Shown here piece after piece: positions 27,318 to 40,804 of a DNA stretch of 64,000 bases (positions are counted from its first letter, which is position 1; each line of letters begins with the position of its first letter). Where the stretch lies: assembly GCA_973895155.1 (NCBI GenBank), contig OZ316897.1, forward strand, positions 10,749,832 through 10,813,831, given 5' to 3'. This DNA is from Marsupella aquatica. Its lineage: Eukaryota > Plantae > Marchantiophyta. The position numbers and the translations under genes were made by a program. The notes under the pieces were generated by a model. It ran no database searches, was not told where the DNA came from, and worked only from the letters and a program-made list of their open reading frames with translations.

Positions 27318-28944
27318 CTGCAAAATTGACAGAAATCCAAATTCATACATCCGCACAGCTGACAACCTTGCATGTCTGCATACAACACACAAAGTGAATC
27401 ACAGTTTTAATGTAGTGTACTCAAAGACACTGGTGAGGTGCACCAGCTGTAGCCGAGGAACTCTCTACGAGCTATAGCTTGAGTGACAAAACAAGATTTA
27501 ACATAACAAAACTGAAGCCTTCACTAGATCGGGCACTACAGTAGATAAAGTAGAGTACCAACAAGTTCTCCAACACTGCCAAATTTTGAACCCAGTGCAC
27601 TAGCTGTAGCTCATGGTGATCGACCTTACAAGACTTTGGGGGCATTGTCAGCTTTTTCCTTGTCTCTAAGGTGTGATCTAGGCCATTCTGGGGATATACA
27701 GCTGCAATTCACTTTACCTAACGGTGAGGGAAGTTTCTTTATAAATTGTTGCCGATCCTACATGAAATAGAGTGTGGCACGATTTGCTTGTGGGACACAT
27801 TGTCCCGCTTTTTAGACCACCACTATGGTAGATCTCTACATCTACCGACTGGGTAGGTTCCTATCTTAGAGTCATTTGCTCTAAAGGTGGACCCAAAAGT
27901 ACTTCATCAAATCTTCTTTTGTCAGAGCTAGCCAGGGCTGACTATCTAGCCAAAGAACTATGTGACTTTCTCGGGAGCGGGTCCACAACTTGTCTCTTAG
28001 CAAATTGATGGATCATCACTTGCTGCAATTAACTTTACAAGAGTGACTTTGGGGGCCATAAAAGGATTTTTCCAGTAACTCTTTCTTTAGTATATGAAAT
28101 AGCCTTCCAGTTTGCTTTGGTGAAAATGATTCACAAGTGCCCCCACAGTCTTGTAAAGCCACCCTCAGTGAGAGCTATTCACAGTGAGCCAAAATTTGGG
28201 GCAAGTGACCAGTGAGTAAGTGAAAGGTCTCCAGCCAAAAGTGAGCACTACACAACCTATCTATATTTACAGCAAAGAGATTACTGGACAATAAACCCAT
28301 AAATATATTCAGACTTCAGGACTTACCGCATCGTGCAGAGGACACATAATCCATTCTCAAAATTGTTCCTGGCTACCTGACTAATGTACTGTCTAGATTC
28401 CCTTATCGCTTATTATTTTCGTCAAAAGTGGGATTCACTGAGATATGTCTCGATAAACTCCAGACTTCCGGTCGATGAATTCCAATTGTATCGAAGATCT
28501 GACTCCTGTCTCCATCTCCCAGTCGACATGGTCATCGAACAGGGCAACTGAACTCTGTTTGAATTGGCCGATTGTTTTACTGGTCTGGTACTAAGCTTTC
28601 TTGTGCTAGCTGTATCTTAACAACATCAAGCTAGAGCAAGCAATGCCAATATGCGCACTGCAAGAAGTTCACGCTCTAATTTAAAGAGTGGTGACGTGGG
28701 GGTACACCATGACTGTCATTTCTATGCTTAAAATCGTTCATGAACCGAGTCATGAACATCAAGATGACGTTACCGTGTTGGTTACAACCCAAGCGGTTTA
28801 TATAGGCGATCAAGTTCGTCGCTACTTTGCTTTTGTTGGATACAGTTGTTGCGAATGGTAGGATATTAAACTTTGAAATACGTGTATTACACGTCGATCA
28901 TAACGTAATAGAAATGATTCCGGCGCAGCTTTTGCTGCAAGTTA

Positions 28945-29033
28945 TTTGCTGGCTAGCCAGTTTGTAAAGTTGAAGACGTTTGCTGGCTAGCCAGTTTGTA
29001 AAGTTGGAGACGTTTGCTGGCTAGCCAGTTTGT
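28945..29033. repeat. 34-bp tandem repeat (about 2.6 copies) containing the 12-bp palindrome CTGGCTAGCCAG
   Basis: Unit TTTGCTGGCTAGCCAGTTTGTAAAGTTG(A/G)AGACG. Confidence 0.85.
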
Positions 29034-29817
29034 ACACTTGCAGCGCGCAGCCATTGTTTTCGGTAATTGATTTATGCCATTGACTGAACACGTTGAATTT
29101 GAAGTGTACGTGAGCTGATTTGCATCTCTGTGAAGACAATTTAATTCCATGATTTACATAGTACCCTGAAACATTTAATCTGAAGGCATTATTCTCTATG
29201 ATAATGATCACCATGGGACTCGTGGCTGTGGAAAAGTGGAGGCGTTTGCTGCGATCAAATATGGACACGCTTGCGGTATTACACGTCCCTCCATTCAAGA
29301 TTGTACCAGGATCTGTGGAACCAACCTTTCAACAACGACAGAAATTGACACGGATCAATGTGACCTCGATCTTGCGATTAGTCATGTACTATTAAAAGGA
29401 TCAGACCACGCTGATCATTTCTTGTTCCAATTATGAACCAACTCGAAATCTTATGTGCACCTATTGCACAGTCTGATGTATATACACAGCTGTGCTATAT
29501 ATAGATCGAGAGGACACAACTATCAACAGGGATCTTAGATTTCAGCTACTCAGGCACTGAGTTTCTCACCCACTTACTGACATATCTATGGGATCAAGCC
29601 TCAACTGCCCATTTTGACCATTCATTGAGTATTGAAGTCTGATCGGATGCGAGAAATGGTATCATTTGCTAAGTGAATGAAGGTACAGTCGTGTTAACCT
29701 TGTTGACTCCAGCACTGAACATTTAATTAGCAATTGGCTGGGAAAATTGACTTCACGGTCGTCATTCAATAAGACTATAAGGTGCGTACTTATAAAGGGA
29801 TTGCTGAAGTCGGCCCT

Positions 29818-32117
29818 TCAAGAGTCAACCTTGATGGATTTAAATTTGATCGCCGCATCCGAATCTGCTGCTTGAAAGAAGGGAACAAGAGTAATAACGA
29901 TTTTCGAAGGAGCGTCTGGAGCTTCAATATCCACCAGTGTTTTGGTAATGCTTTGCTTCCATACTAGATCTGCTTTCCCTTGATTGGCCTCTCGGCTTTG
30001 AGCCATGCTGGTGAATCTTCCACTGTACTCAGCGCATTTAGTTGGGGCTGTGTATTCAGTCGAGTTCAGCCAATCCACGAACACGTCGAATCCAGTACTC
30101 CTAGATCTGTCGAGCTTGATTCCGTCAATGGTGAGGAACTCCTCACTTCCCTTCGGATTTTCTGGTCTGTCAAGCACTATAGTGAATGTCTTACCTCCTT
30201 GCAGATGATAATAACCCTTCGAGTCTTTTGTTGGTGATGGCAGGCTTTCGGCTTGGGCAAGAAGCTGGGAGTAGCTCAGTTGAGAGCACTTAGTACTGTT
30301 GAAGAATAGCCATGGTGCATCATTAGTGCCTTCATAGACATATCCCAATTTTTTGGTGTCTAACGATTCTGCTACGGTCACCCTTCTCAGATCTTTGTTC
30401 TCATCGTAGAAGAGAAATTCAGCATTGAGAAAGTCAGGGTCGGAGAAGTCCTCATGCTTTTGACCAACTATTGGCCCGATATCTTTCCACACCTAAAATT
30501 TTCCAACGACAGATCTATGTCAGCTCTCACGAATGCAATCAAATCCTGGAAAATTTGCGAAGGCCCATGATAATCAGAGAAATATGGCTGGATACTTACA
30601 CAAAGGTACAATTTCCTAATCTCTGTTACATACCTGCCACAAACGATCGACGTTGGAGTGATGGGCGAAGAATACTGGGTCGCGAGCTGCGCGAGAAAGC
30701 TGACCCATGTCATTTGAATTTGGTGGGTCTTGCCCGACCCAGGCATGAACAGCAGAATGAGGGCTAGATTCAAAGCTTCCAGCGCCTCCATTTGGGGCTC
30801 CATTGCCTGTGCATACATAACAAACAAACTAAATGCATTAGCCAACATCTTTGGGATTGCGCTGTTACTGTTCGACCAGAGTTCAAGAAGTTTCCTTACT
30901 CCAGAAACTATAGATTTGGCACTTTCAATTGTCTCTGGGTGAATTGCACAGCATCCCTATCGAATATTTCATTTTTACTAATTCTCAAAGCAACGTTGCA
31001 ATTCCTAGCTGCCAAGCAAGCTCGTAAGAGTTTTTCAGTCACATTGGTATGCTCACCTGCTTTGTCCCCTCCTCGATAAGGTCGGCCCATGAACGTTTCT
31101 GAAGTTGTTCCACCGCTCACCAAGGCTTGGTACACTATATTCAGATTGCTTTCAATGACGTCTTCTGCGGATGCGTTGTAAAGAGGCTGCTGTGCTGAAG
31201 TGGTTCGCGGGCGGTAACTGAGATCGACGAAGCCTAGGCGACCTTTTCCTTTCGCGTTGTCCGATCGGTTGACATCGTATGGGGCGGAGGAGACGTCGCC
31301 GTAGAAGACTGGGAAGTCATCCCCCCGCTTCAGACAAGCTCCACCCTGGGACGAGCCATCGCCTACGCTGTAGGGGCTGTCCCAGTTCCAGTAATTGAGA
31401 CTAAAAGTGGGGTCTTCCAGTAGAGACTGGAGGATCCTCTCGTGGAAGTACAGATACCACCTGCAATCCGTCCATCCAATCTCTTTTTCAGTGCAAAGTT
31501 CTCAAAAAAAACTTGAAGAATCGTGACGCACATTAAGTCCCTTTCAATCTGAACGTTACACTAGAGATCCAGGAAGCTCCACCAAGGCAGGACTATCACC
31601 ACTGAGCAACAGTCAGCAAAAATTCATATTTCCATGATTAGACATGGAGTCCGGGGACAGATGCAGTGACGTACCTGTGCCATGGGAAGAAGAGCCAGCT
31701 CCAGTGGACATCAATTCCCTCTGGAATTCCGCTGCTGTTGGTGGTCAAGAATGCGCCCCCGCAGTACGAGCAGTGAAGTTTCCATTGCTGTGAGAAGGAA
31801 CGAGGGTCATCGTCTGGCAGAGCCCGCATCAGCGCATACGCCTTCTTGACCTTTGCAGCGTACGCTGCATCCGTGCATTGCGAAGCTTGTCTTACTCTCG
31901 TAGTACTCGTCGATGGAAGAGGTGGCCCATCGATAATCGGCCTAGTTGGGAGTGGGGGACAGCACTGGAGGGATTCGGAACCGTTGGTAATACGGTACGT
32001 TGAATTTTGGCAGTGACTAAAGTCGGTCTTGATAGGGTCGGAAACCACCGGTGATGGGAACATGAAACACATTGAGATTGTACACCACACCATTATCAAC
32101 ACTAAGCGGATCGCCAT
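29818..32117 (-). CDS. PPO: Polyphenol oxidase copy 4. Exons 32117-31675, 31460-31057, 30806-30634, 30492-29818
   Basis: Signal peptide [26 protein letters not shown]; HCSYC...[13 protein letters not shown]; [11 protein letters not shown]...[25 protein letters not shown]. Exon 2 is 404 bp, as in copy 1. GT-AG introns, open frame. Confidence 0.95.
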
Positions 32118-35100
32118 TGCTGCGCCTCTGAGTACAACTGGGCCAAGCCTTACTGCTGGTGGACCTCGCAATAGACTTCTTAGCACGCCAATGTTGGGAT
32201 GCAGAACTAGAAATACTCGTGAGCTTGAAAGGATGCTTTCCCCAATACAGAACTTCTCGTCTACTGACTCACGCCAAGGCAAACTCTCAGACACAGCAGC
32301 CCCTTCAGATTCAGCCAAGCCTACGTGAAAGGAGCAAATTCAGTTTCCGGCTATGTTGTCAGAATTGAAGAGAATTGAATTGCAGGCGCCAAGCATGAAA
32401 GCTTTGTTCGGATTGATCACCCAAATTGCTTTGTGATAGGCAACAGAACATGTACACTACTCGGCAGCGATCTGATCGAGCTTTAATACCACGATGGAAC
32501 GAATCTTTTGCGGACCTGGGTCACTCGACGCGTTGGGGACTCACGTTGGCATTTGAAACGAGTCAGAGAGCTCTCGTACGCGTTGATACCCTGTGCCGCT
32601 CGATACGCTTTGAGTGATGTTTTTGACATTACTTTAATTTCTCGACTATATTTTAGAATAGATTGTTTACATATTTTCTCGACTATATTTTAGAATAGAT
32701 TGTTTACATATTTACAAGTAAATAAAACATTGACCTGAGCCCTGCAATTAATTAATTACTACTAGAATATGCAACTGCGTCCGGTCCGAGACACATAGTC
32801 AGCAAGTCCGTCTACTGTTTGGGTCTCGTCAAGTAAGTCTATCCCACAAGGAACCCCACCAAGCCCATTCCTCCGACCATGTTCATACATTGCTTTTCAT
32901 GGTGATGCGCGCGTGCGCTCGTGCCAAATAGCCTCTAGGATACTCAAGGTGGCGGACAATCCCTCGATGTCGTCAGCTTGATTCAAGCTTGACATCAGCA
33001 GCCAGTCAAGCAGCCAGTCAAGCAGCCAATACTCCGGAGGCGGGCTGAAACTGCGAAGATGGTATGTTCGGTCAGCTCTACTTGGCTTTAACTTGTTGTG
33101 CTTAGCGTCAATGCTCGATCAAATATTGCCATTGCGCGGAAGCTGTAATCCGCGTGGTAGTCCTCTTTTTTTATCTCTCTGCGCTCTGAGCTCTGCTAGT
33201 GAGAGATTATCGACATGTAACAGAGAGAGGATTGCACATATGTAAGCCCGGGCATGTTTTCCCTAGACTTGATCGAGCAGATTGACAGCCTTCTCAACCT
33301 ATATTTTTAGATCTAGCTCTCCAAAACGATCTTGGTCACTGATTAGCCAGGGGGTCTTTGCAAGACCCACCAGACAACAATCGACTTGTTGACTCCAAGA
33401 TTTTTGCTTTTAAATAAGATCGGAACCATTCATATCAAGTGACCTGTCCACTTTGGCTTTACATGAAATTGAGTGGTCACTCCTACAAGTATTCTGTCAA
33501 TCCTACAGTAGCTGGACTTGTAGAGTGTAATTCTGGCCAAAATTTAGACCAAGTATTTTGAAAGGCCTTTTCGATCTTGTCTCGTATGTCATTCACTAGC
33601 TGACCACCTTAGGACTTCTCGTCTCTTCTCGTTGTCACTCACTACCTGACAGACCACCTTAGGGCTTCTTGGTCTCGTCTCATCATGTCACCAACTTCCA
33701 TCCTTTTTGTCAGTTGTCACGATGGGGTCTAAGCGGACCTGGTCCATCTGAGTATGTCAGCACAGTCACTGGATGCACTACCTGATTACCTTTTTGTCAG
33801 GAGCATCGATGCACATGACTGTGTATCGGCTATAGATATAGAAGTCCTTAAAATACAAGTCACTGACGTCAAATTTTGTCCTATGCTGCTTGTAAGGTCA
33901 CACGTTTTACACGAGATTGAATCATAGCCTTGCTCCTAGGAGAGGAATTTGAATCATGGCCTTTCTCTTCTGGTCCCTGTAAGTGAACATAAAAATGGTG
34001 GACAATAGATTTACATATCATGATAAACCTTGTTATTTTTTAAATCAATGAGTAAACACCTTGTATTATCACATATTGATGCGTGATTACCTGGAGTGTG
34101 GACAATATACTTACATACTATGATAAATCTTGTTATTTTTTTAAATCAATGAGTAAACACCGGTCCTTGTATTATCACATATTGCCGGTCCTTGTATTAT
34201 CACATATTGATGCATGATTACCTGGAGTGTTTCTCCTTGGATAGTGTATAGTCTATTCTATACTGTATATTAATTCTTTCTTAGTCAACTGAGTTACCAT
34301 CAAAATATGGCATATATGGTGTACGACGTCTATCTATACCATGATGTAATGTACAGTCTATCCTACACTGTATAAGTGCATTCCATTATAAGTCCACTTG
34401 CATAAGTGCCACCTGTATAAGTGCATTACATGGCTAAGTGCAAACTGGCCATGTAATTTCCCATCCCTAATCTAGCAATTTTCTTTGTCACTGCACTCAA
34501 ATCCAGTTTGCATAATACAGATCAGCCCTCACTAAAAGATCTGTACATGATAAGTGTATTAGTCTATAAGTATGCATATGTGCAACTCAGACATAAGTAG
34601 CATTTATGGATAAGTGCAGAAAGACAAGTAGCACATGAGGTAGTTTCATGCACTTATCTAGTTTAAGCATGTACTATGAGGACTCCGGGTATCAGGAGTC
34701 TCATTTCTGTGACCTGCTAACCCATATGAGTAAGTATGTTTCTTCCATTGATATTAGAGTTGAATCACCACACCGAAATCTGAATCTCATTGTTCCCTTA
34801 AGTCAAACTATCTTACTCACTGGGGCGGGGAGTTTGGTATTTAACAGTATCTAACTGGCGACTTGGGCCATCTTCCTGGGAGCATACTGTTGCCTCGGTA
34901 GATTGTAAATCAGCCCAAAGGACATTCCACTGCAAATTTTATAGGGCCCCACACACATGGAGGCATACGTTTCATAATAGTTACGCCATTAGAAAATCGT
35001 GCTACTTTGATGTAAAGTCAAGGGAGCCTAAAAGGTGAAAGGTAGGACAGTTTGGATGAGACTAGATGCTTGTAAACACCACGTGAGGGGGCCATATGGC

Positions 35101-36136
35101 CACGTGGTTCTTTATCTGAAGGGTTCAGTCACCACTCTAGGTTCATCGTGCACAACCCAAACCTATTGCAAAAGGTATTCGAGCGAAAAGTGGTCAGTGG
35201 TCACTAAGGGGGGCTTTACATGAAGGTGGGGGCAGTTCAATGTCTCTCCATCCAAAGCCGATGGCCATTTTCTTACACAAAAGTTAAAATACCTGAACAA
35301 AAATGTGTCAGGTTTGGAAGTAATCAATGCAATTCCCTGAAAAGAAGGGGCCGTTTCCTCCAAGTTTTTGACAAAAAAACTTGCACACATCAGCAAGAAA
35401 GGGGACCCACCAGGGGCCCATTGACAGATGACTAGGTTGGGTAATGCTATGGCTTGATTGTGCCCCCAAGTTCATGTAAAGTGAAGTGTGGCCAGTTCTC
35501 ACATATGAATGGCTAGGATTACATCTTTCACTTAGAAAAAAAGGAATTGCTGCCCCCAAGTTCTTGTAAAGCCATCCTTAGTAGATTCCCAACTCTTGTC
35601 TGGAAGCATCTGGTCTCTCCTGGTGATTGACTTGGCTTGCCAGTCAAAGCAGATATTGCTACCAAATTGGCAAGAAAATTGACAGTAGATGCTGAATTTC
35701 TGTTGACTCAAGAAATTGGCAGGGAGATTCAACCAGTTAAGCATTAAAGGGTCACTGTCTGTGACAAAATCTAGATCCACCATTTTCAGTACCTTTCTCA
35801 TAAAATTGTGGAGTAAAATCTCACCCTAGAGGAGAATAATGTGAAAAAGAGAGAAGTTTTGGACAGTTCTCCTTTCATATGGCCAATAGTTGTTTAAGTT
35901 GGCCGTAGGTACATGTCTGTCTCTCTTGCACTAACCTAGATCTTCCCTAGAATGAGACACAAACCATTCACGATATGGAGCCTTTAAATATTCAGGACTT
36001 CTATAATATTGCATGAAAAGACAATTCATGATGGCCTTGCAAAATAACAACAATTTACTTGGATGAGCAAGAAATGTTGTTCTTTCTAAATTGTAGAAAT
36101 AGTGCAAACTTTTCAAAACAATTTAAAGATTAAAAA

Positions 36137-39100
36137 CCCTGGGCCCCCACTCTTAGGTAAAATGGGTTGGATGGAGAACAATTCAAGGGTTGATTTAATT
36201 CATATTGAAGTAATTTTTAGGATTGGCTTGTAACTAAGCAACCCACGCTTTTATACAAATGTCACTTTCCAAATAAGGAAGGGCACTTTCCGCTCGCATT
36301 TGTTTTTGGGAAGGGGGTATAAAATTATCTCTGCTACACGGCATCATCTTAGTGGTACACATGGCATCATCTAATAGGTACATATGTCTATGCCTTTTGG
36401 TATGCCGTTGTAAGTTGTGGGCGGGGTTGTGGGGTTAAAGGGTATGGTATGTTGAGGGGTTTAGGGTGGGTTTTTTAAACTGCCCTATGAGGAAACACAT
36501 GGGGCAAATCCCTGTCCATTGGATCTGAGGGAGGAAAGATCTTTGAACCAAAAAAATGTAACTAATGAAGCCTATATAAAAATCCTCAAATCTGGACTTT
36601 ATAATTATATCAAGGATATTAAGTATTGTCAAAATGTGTTTTTTTCTAAATAAGAAGGCAATTTTTTATTGTTTCAAAAATAATAACTAGTATGTGGGTC
36701 CAGCTCAATTTTTTAACACATTGGTAATATTGTATTTGTTTGTTTTACTAACTCTCTTTCCGGGTCTTTCCTGGTTATCAAGTCTGCCAAAACTCTATGA
36801 TGTGCCCAAATATAGTGCCAAGAATTTGGAAGGAGCTTTTAGCGTGCTACATAATATTGTCATCCTTTATTTGTCTCCACCTCTTTCATGTTCTTTTCAC
36901 CTCTCTATGTAATTCATATTGCAACTCCTCACTGTAGCAATCACCTCACTTGTTTGAGTGACAAATTATTCATCACAAGGGTGAGCAACGAACTATCTTG
37001 GAGGCAAGGAGCTAGGCAATCACCTGCACTTCATTGTCTTGCAATATTTTTGTGCAATGGATAATTATGCATTGGACTTGTCTATAAAATCATGAGATGT
37101 TTTTAAAAGTATTTGAAGTTTGCATAATAAAAGTTGACATCACTAACAAACAAATTCATAAACTCAAAAACTATTTATTGCATTGGTTTTTTAAGTGTTT
37201 TGTGGAGAGACAAGTATACTTTTTGTTTGGAAAGTGTACTTTATTCATCGTGATTTGTCTAGTAATGACAAAAACAAAATTCTCATCAATTTTAATGGCA
37301 AATGGACTCGGCAAATGGAAATAAAGAAAAAACCCATAAGTGTAGAATCATAATGATCATGTTGGGAAGAGATTAACTTTATATACAGGCACCTTCATAA
37401 GAGAAGAAACATACCAATTTCATTTTTATTTTTTAAATGTATGTTTTACTAATCAATAGAAAGTCATATCCTTATTTTTGTAGAGATTTTATAATAATAG
37501 AATAGTTTAATGTTTGGAGAGTAGTTGATTAGTCTTGAATGTGCAAGTGAGTTTTGACATTATGCTTATGACTTTTTTGGTGTGTATTCAAGGAATATGT
37601 TTGAATAAGGCCTAGGGAGAGCTACACTCAAGTGGCATACAAGATATTTTTTAAAGATTTCTCATGGTGACTACCATCAAGGTAAATGTTTATATCAGTG
37701 CATGTTTTTTATGACTAGAATTTGTGTTTATTTGTTATTTGTGAAGTGACTTGATATTTTGTCCATTCAATTGACATGAGCAATTTTGTGTGAGTTTGTA
37801 GACAAATTTTGGCATCACTAAAAAACAACCCCAAGCTATCATCTAAGCTTGAAATAGAGGTTTATTTCTCTCTTTATTCCTCTTTGAATAAATGTGATTG
37901 CTAAAGTTGTTCACTCATAAAGCTAAATCAAGCATGGAATCTATCTATACTTTAAAATCTAATTTTCACACATGTAATATTTATCATAATAGTGTTTATT
38001 TTCAAATAAATTATCAGCTTAGCTAAATATTTGTAGCATTATCATATATGGATGTGCAAATATTAGTATATTAATTATTTACCACAACACTTAGAGCTTT
38101 TGAATCAACACAATAGATTTATGCAATCTTAACAAAACTATAAGTAATTGTAATTTGCAATTTATTTATTAAAAGCAATGCTCTTGGTAGGTAGATGAGT
38201 CTTTTGTAATCTTGTTCCATATTGTTATGGTTATCTTAGCACATTACATATTAAAAAAGTAAAATTTGCCCTTTGTTGGATTCCAAAAATGGAGAAGTTA
38301 GCTCTTTGTACCTAAAATTATTCACTTCAGTTTATTATCAATCGGGTACTATAATTATAAAGTCCATATCATATTATTCAAGTTAAGGCAATAAACTATA
38401 GACAATACACACATATGCAAAGGTTGGTGTAATGTTTGACCCTAATTGTAACTTCAAAATCAATATAAGGTTACAAGTTAAGGCATTTTGGTACACACAT
38501 TCGCAAGGCTCGGTGTATTGTTTGACCCCAATTGTAGCTTCAAAATCAATATAAAGTTACAAGTTAAGGCATCCTGGTACACACATCTGCAAGGGTCGGT
38601 GTATTGTTTGACCCCAATTGTAACTTATAAAATCAATATAAGGTTGCAAGTTAAGGCATTCTGATACACACATCCGCAAGGGTCGGTGTATTGTTTGACC
38701 CCAGTTGTAACTTCAAAATCAATATAAAGTTATAAGTTAAGGCATCCTGGTACATACATCTGCAAGGTCGGTGTACTATTTGACCCCAGTTGTAACTTAT
38801 AAAATCAATATAAATACAAGTTAAGGCATTATGGTACACACATCTACAAGGGTTAGTGTACTGCATGCTTGACCCTAGTTGTAACTTCAAAATCAAAATT
38901 AGGTTATCCGGGAAGGTTACAAGTCAAGGCATTTTGGTACACACATCTACAAGGGTGTGTATAATGTTTGACCCCATTTGTAACTTCAAAATCAATAAGG
39001 TCATAAGTTAAAGCAATTGGTACACATATAATATTCAAGGGTTTGAGTATTGTTTGACAAGTTGTAACTTAAAAACAAGGTTACTCGCAAGGTTATAATA

Positions 39101-39977
39101 CTCTAGAGTTTACATTCCAAAAATCTAACATTCAATACCACTTCAAAACAATATTTTCATAACTAGACCCTTCCACATGTTAACATTGTAATAATCCTTG
39201 CATTAAACTTCAATGTAAGCTTCCCGTGACCAAACCCTCACTTATTCACCCCACCTTCCTCATGATCTTTCACCCCTACTTATATTTCTAATATTCTTTC
39301 CCATTTTACTTGTATGGCGTCAAGAGGTTGAGAGAATGCTTTATATGTTGCTTACCAAGCTTATTTATTTTATTTTATTGCAATTAAATTGCCTTTTAAA
39401 ATATACCTAATACCCAAGCTGGAGATTTTTCAAATATTGAATTTTTTCAAAGCCCACCTACTACGCAAGTTCTTCTTATTCCTTAGGGGCCATAAAGGGC
39501 AAAATCTAGTTATGTCAACATCCAAGCATGGATAGGTTTAGTTTAATAGAGTTGTTTGTGTCGAGAAGTGACATTACTCTTCACACGAGGTTTCACACAC
39601 AAAAGCAACATAGATCATTGGATTCAAAACATCTAATGGTGTAAAAGTTCTTTTTGAGCTAAGAGACCACACAAGTATTCACACACAAAATGAATCTGGA
39701 TGGTTGGATTCATAACTTACATCTAACGGTAGGAAAGTTCATTTTCAGTTGAGAGGCCACACGAGCCTTCACACGAGTCTTCACACACAAAATGGATGTA
39801 GATCATGGTTTGATTCAAACCATCTATTTAATGGCTGGATATTTACAGGGTGATGTGGAATTTTGACAGAATTTTCAGAATTACACAAGTCTCTAACTGG
39901 ACCAGTAACAAGGGGTACTATAGGGGGGTCCGTTCACAGGGGGGTAGAGAATTTTTACTGGGAGGAGGGGCCCAGGG
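36137..39977 (+). mobile_element. Non-autonomous TIR DNA transposon (3.8 kb), same family as 41068-52042
   Basis: 11-bp TIR CCCTGGGCCCC...GGGGCCCAGGG. 8-bp TSD with one mismatch (ATTAAAAA 36129-36136, ATTAGAAA 39978-39985). The right subterminal motif AAGGGGTAC..GGGGGGTC.GTTC.CAGGGGGG is shared with about 51976-52008. AT-rich, non-coding interior. Confidence 0.85.
38381..39085. repeat. Tandem array of about 8 copies of an ~86-bp unit inside the non-autonomous transposon
   Basis: AGTTAAGGCA-like anchors at 38381, 38476, 38562, 38649, 38735, 38819, 38922 and 39006. The unit includes GGTACACACAT, GTTTGACCCC and GTAACTTCAAAATCAATATAA. Confidence 0.95.
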
Positions 39978-40446
39978 ATTAGAAATTGTGAAGACATCCA
40001 CACTAGTTTGTTACTTGTGTCTAAGTTCCGATTTCCTTACTAAATTTGTTCTTCCACGCGTTAAGGTTTTATGGAAAACTGAGTCCAAGCCAAATTCTTG
40101 TTCTGGACTCCAATTTCACGTCCTCTTCTGTACAGTGCGCAATGAAGTAACTATATGTTTATGGTCCTACCTTCCTCCTTAATGAGGTATTCATTGGGGC
40201 AATCGTATGCTGACCCACAGGCAAATAAATCATAGTTAAATGTTATCTACTCATTATTTAAAGCATACATTGTAAAAATTGATTTTTATTCTATCTGTTT
40301 TTGCATTTGAATGTCCAGTCTATCCATTCAAAACATTTGTATATATTGAAACCAAGAACCCAGATGTACCAAGATGTTGTCCCACCTGCCCATCTTTATG
40401 GACTGCATAAAGTCATCAATCAGTTTACATCATAAGAGACACCATG

Positions 40447-40790
40447 TGTTAGATATTGCTCTAGTCTTGTGACTTGTGAGCTAACTACAGTTAGGCTAAC
40501 TTGGGTTAGGACTTAGCTAATGTTAGCAGTAGTGCTGTTGTGCATATAGCCAGGGCTAATGCCAGACCCTGGTGGAACTTAGGCTCATTGTTACGGAGCT
40601 AGTTGAGAGATAGGGAGAGCTTGTGTTGTGGATGCTTGGTATGGCCGGTCGGCCTAGAGTGCAGTAAAGCTCTTGTGAGTTCCCATGGATGTAGCCTCAT
40701 GTGGAGGTGAACCACGTATCTCTCTGTGTCAACTCTTGTGCGTTGGATGGTTCATGGGCTTGCCGTTGCAAATGTCGTCTATGCTCAATA
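40447..40790 (+). repeat. Copia 5' LTR (approximate start)
   Basis: TGTTAG...CTCAATA, immediately followed by AG and the PBS. Confidence 0.65.
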
Positions 40791-40792
40791 AG

Positions 40793-40804
40793 TGGTATCA
40801 GAGC
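40793..40804 (+). promoter_or_regulatory. Primer-binding site complementary to the initiator tRNA-Met 3' end
   Basis: TGGTATCAGAGC, the canonical plant LTR-retrotransposon PBS. Confidence 0.9.

Noticed and set aside
31638-32318. N-terminal extension of PPO copy 4 (and 10825 start for copy 1) as a transit peptide
   Set aside because: These ORF-track starts are TTG/GTG. The first in-frame ATGs (32117 and 10906) align across paralogs at the signal peptide.
38381-39085. CRISPR-like array
   Set aside because: The units are whole-length tandem duplicates with no unique spacers, the context is eukaryotic, and there are no cas genes.
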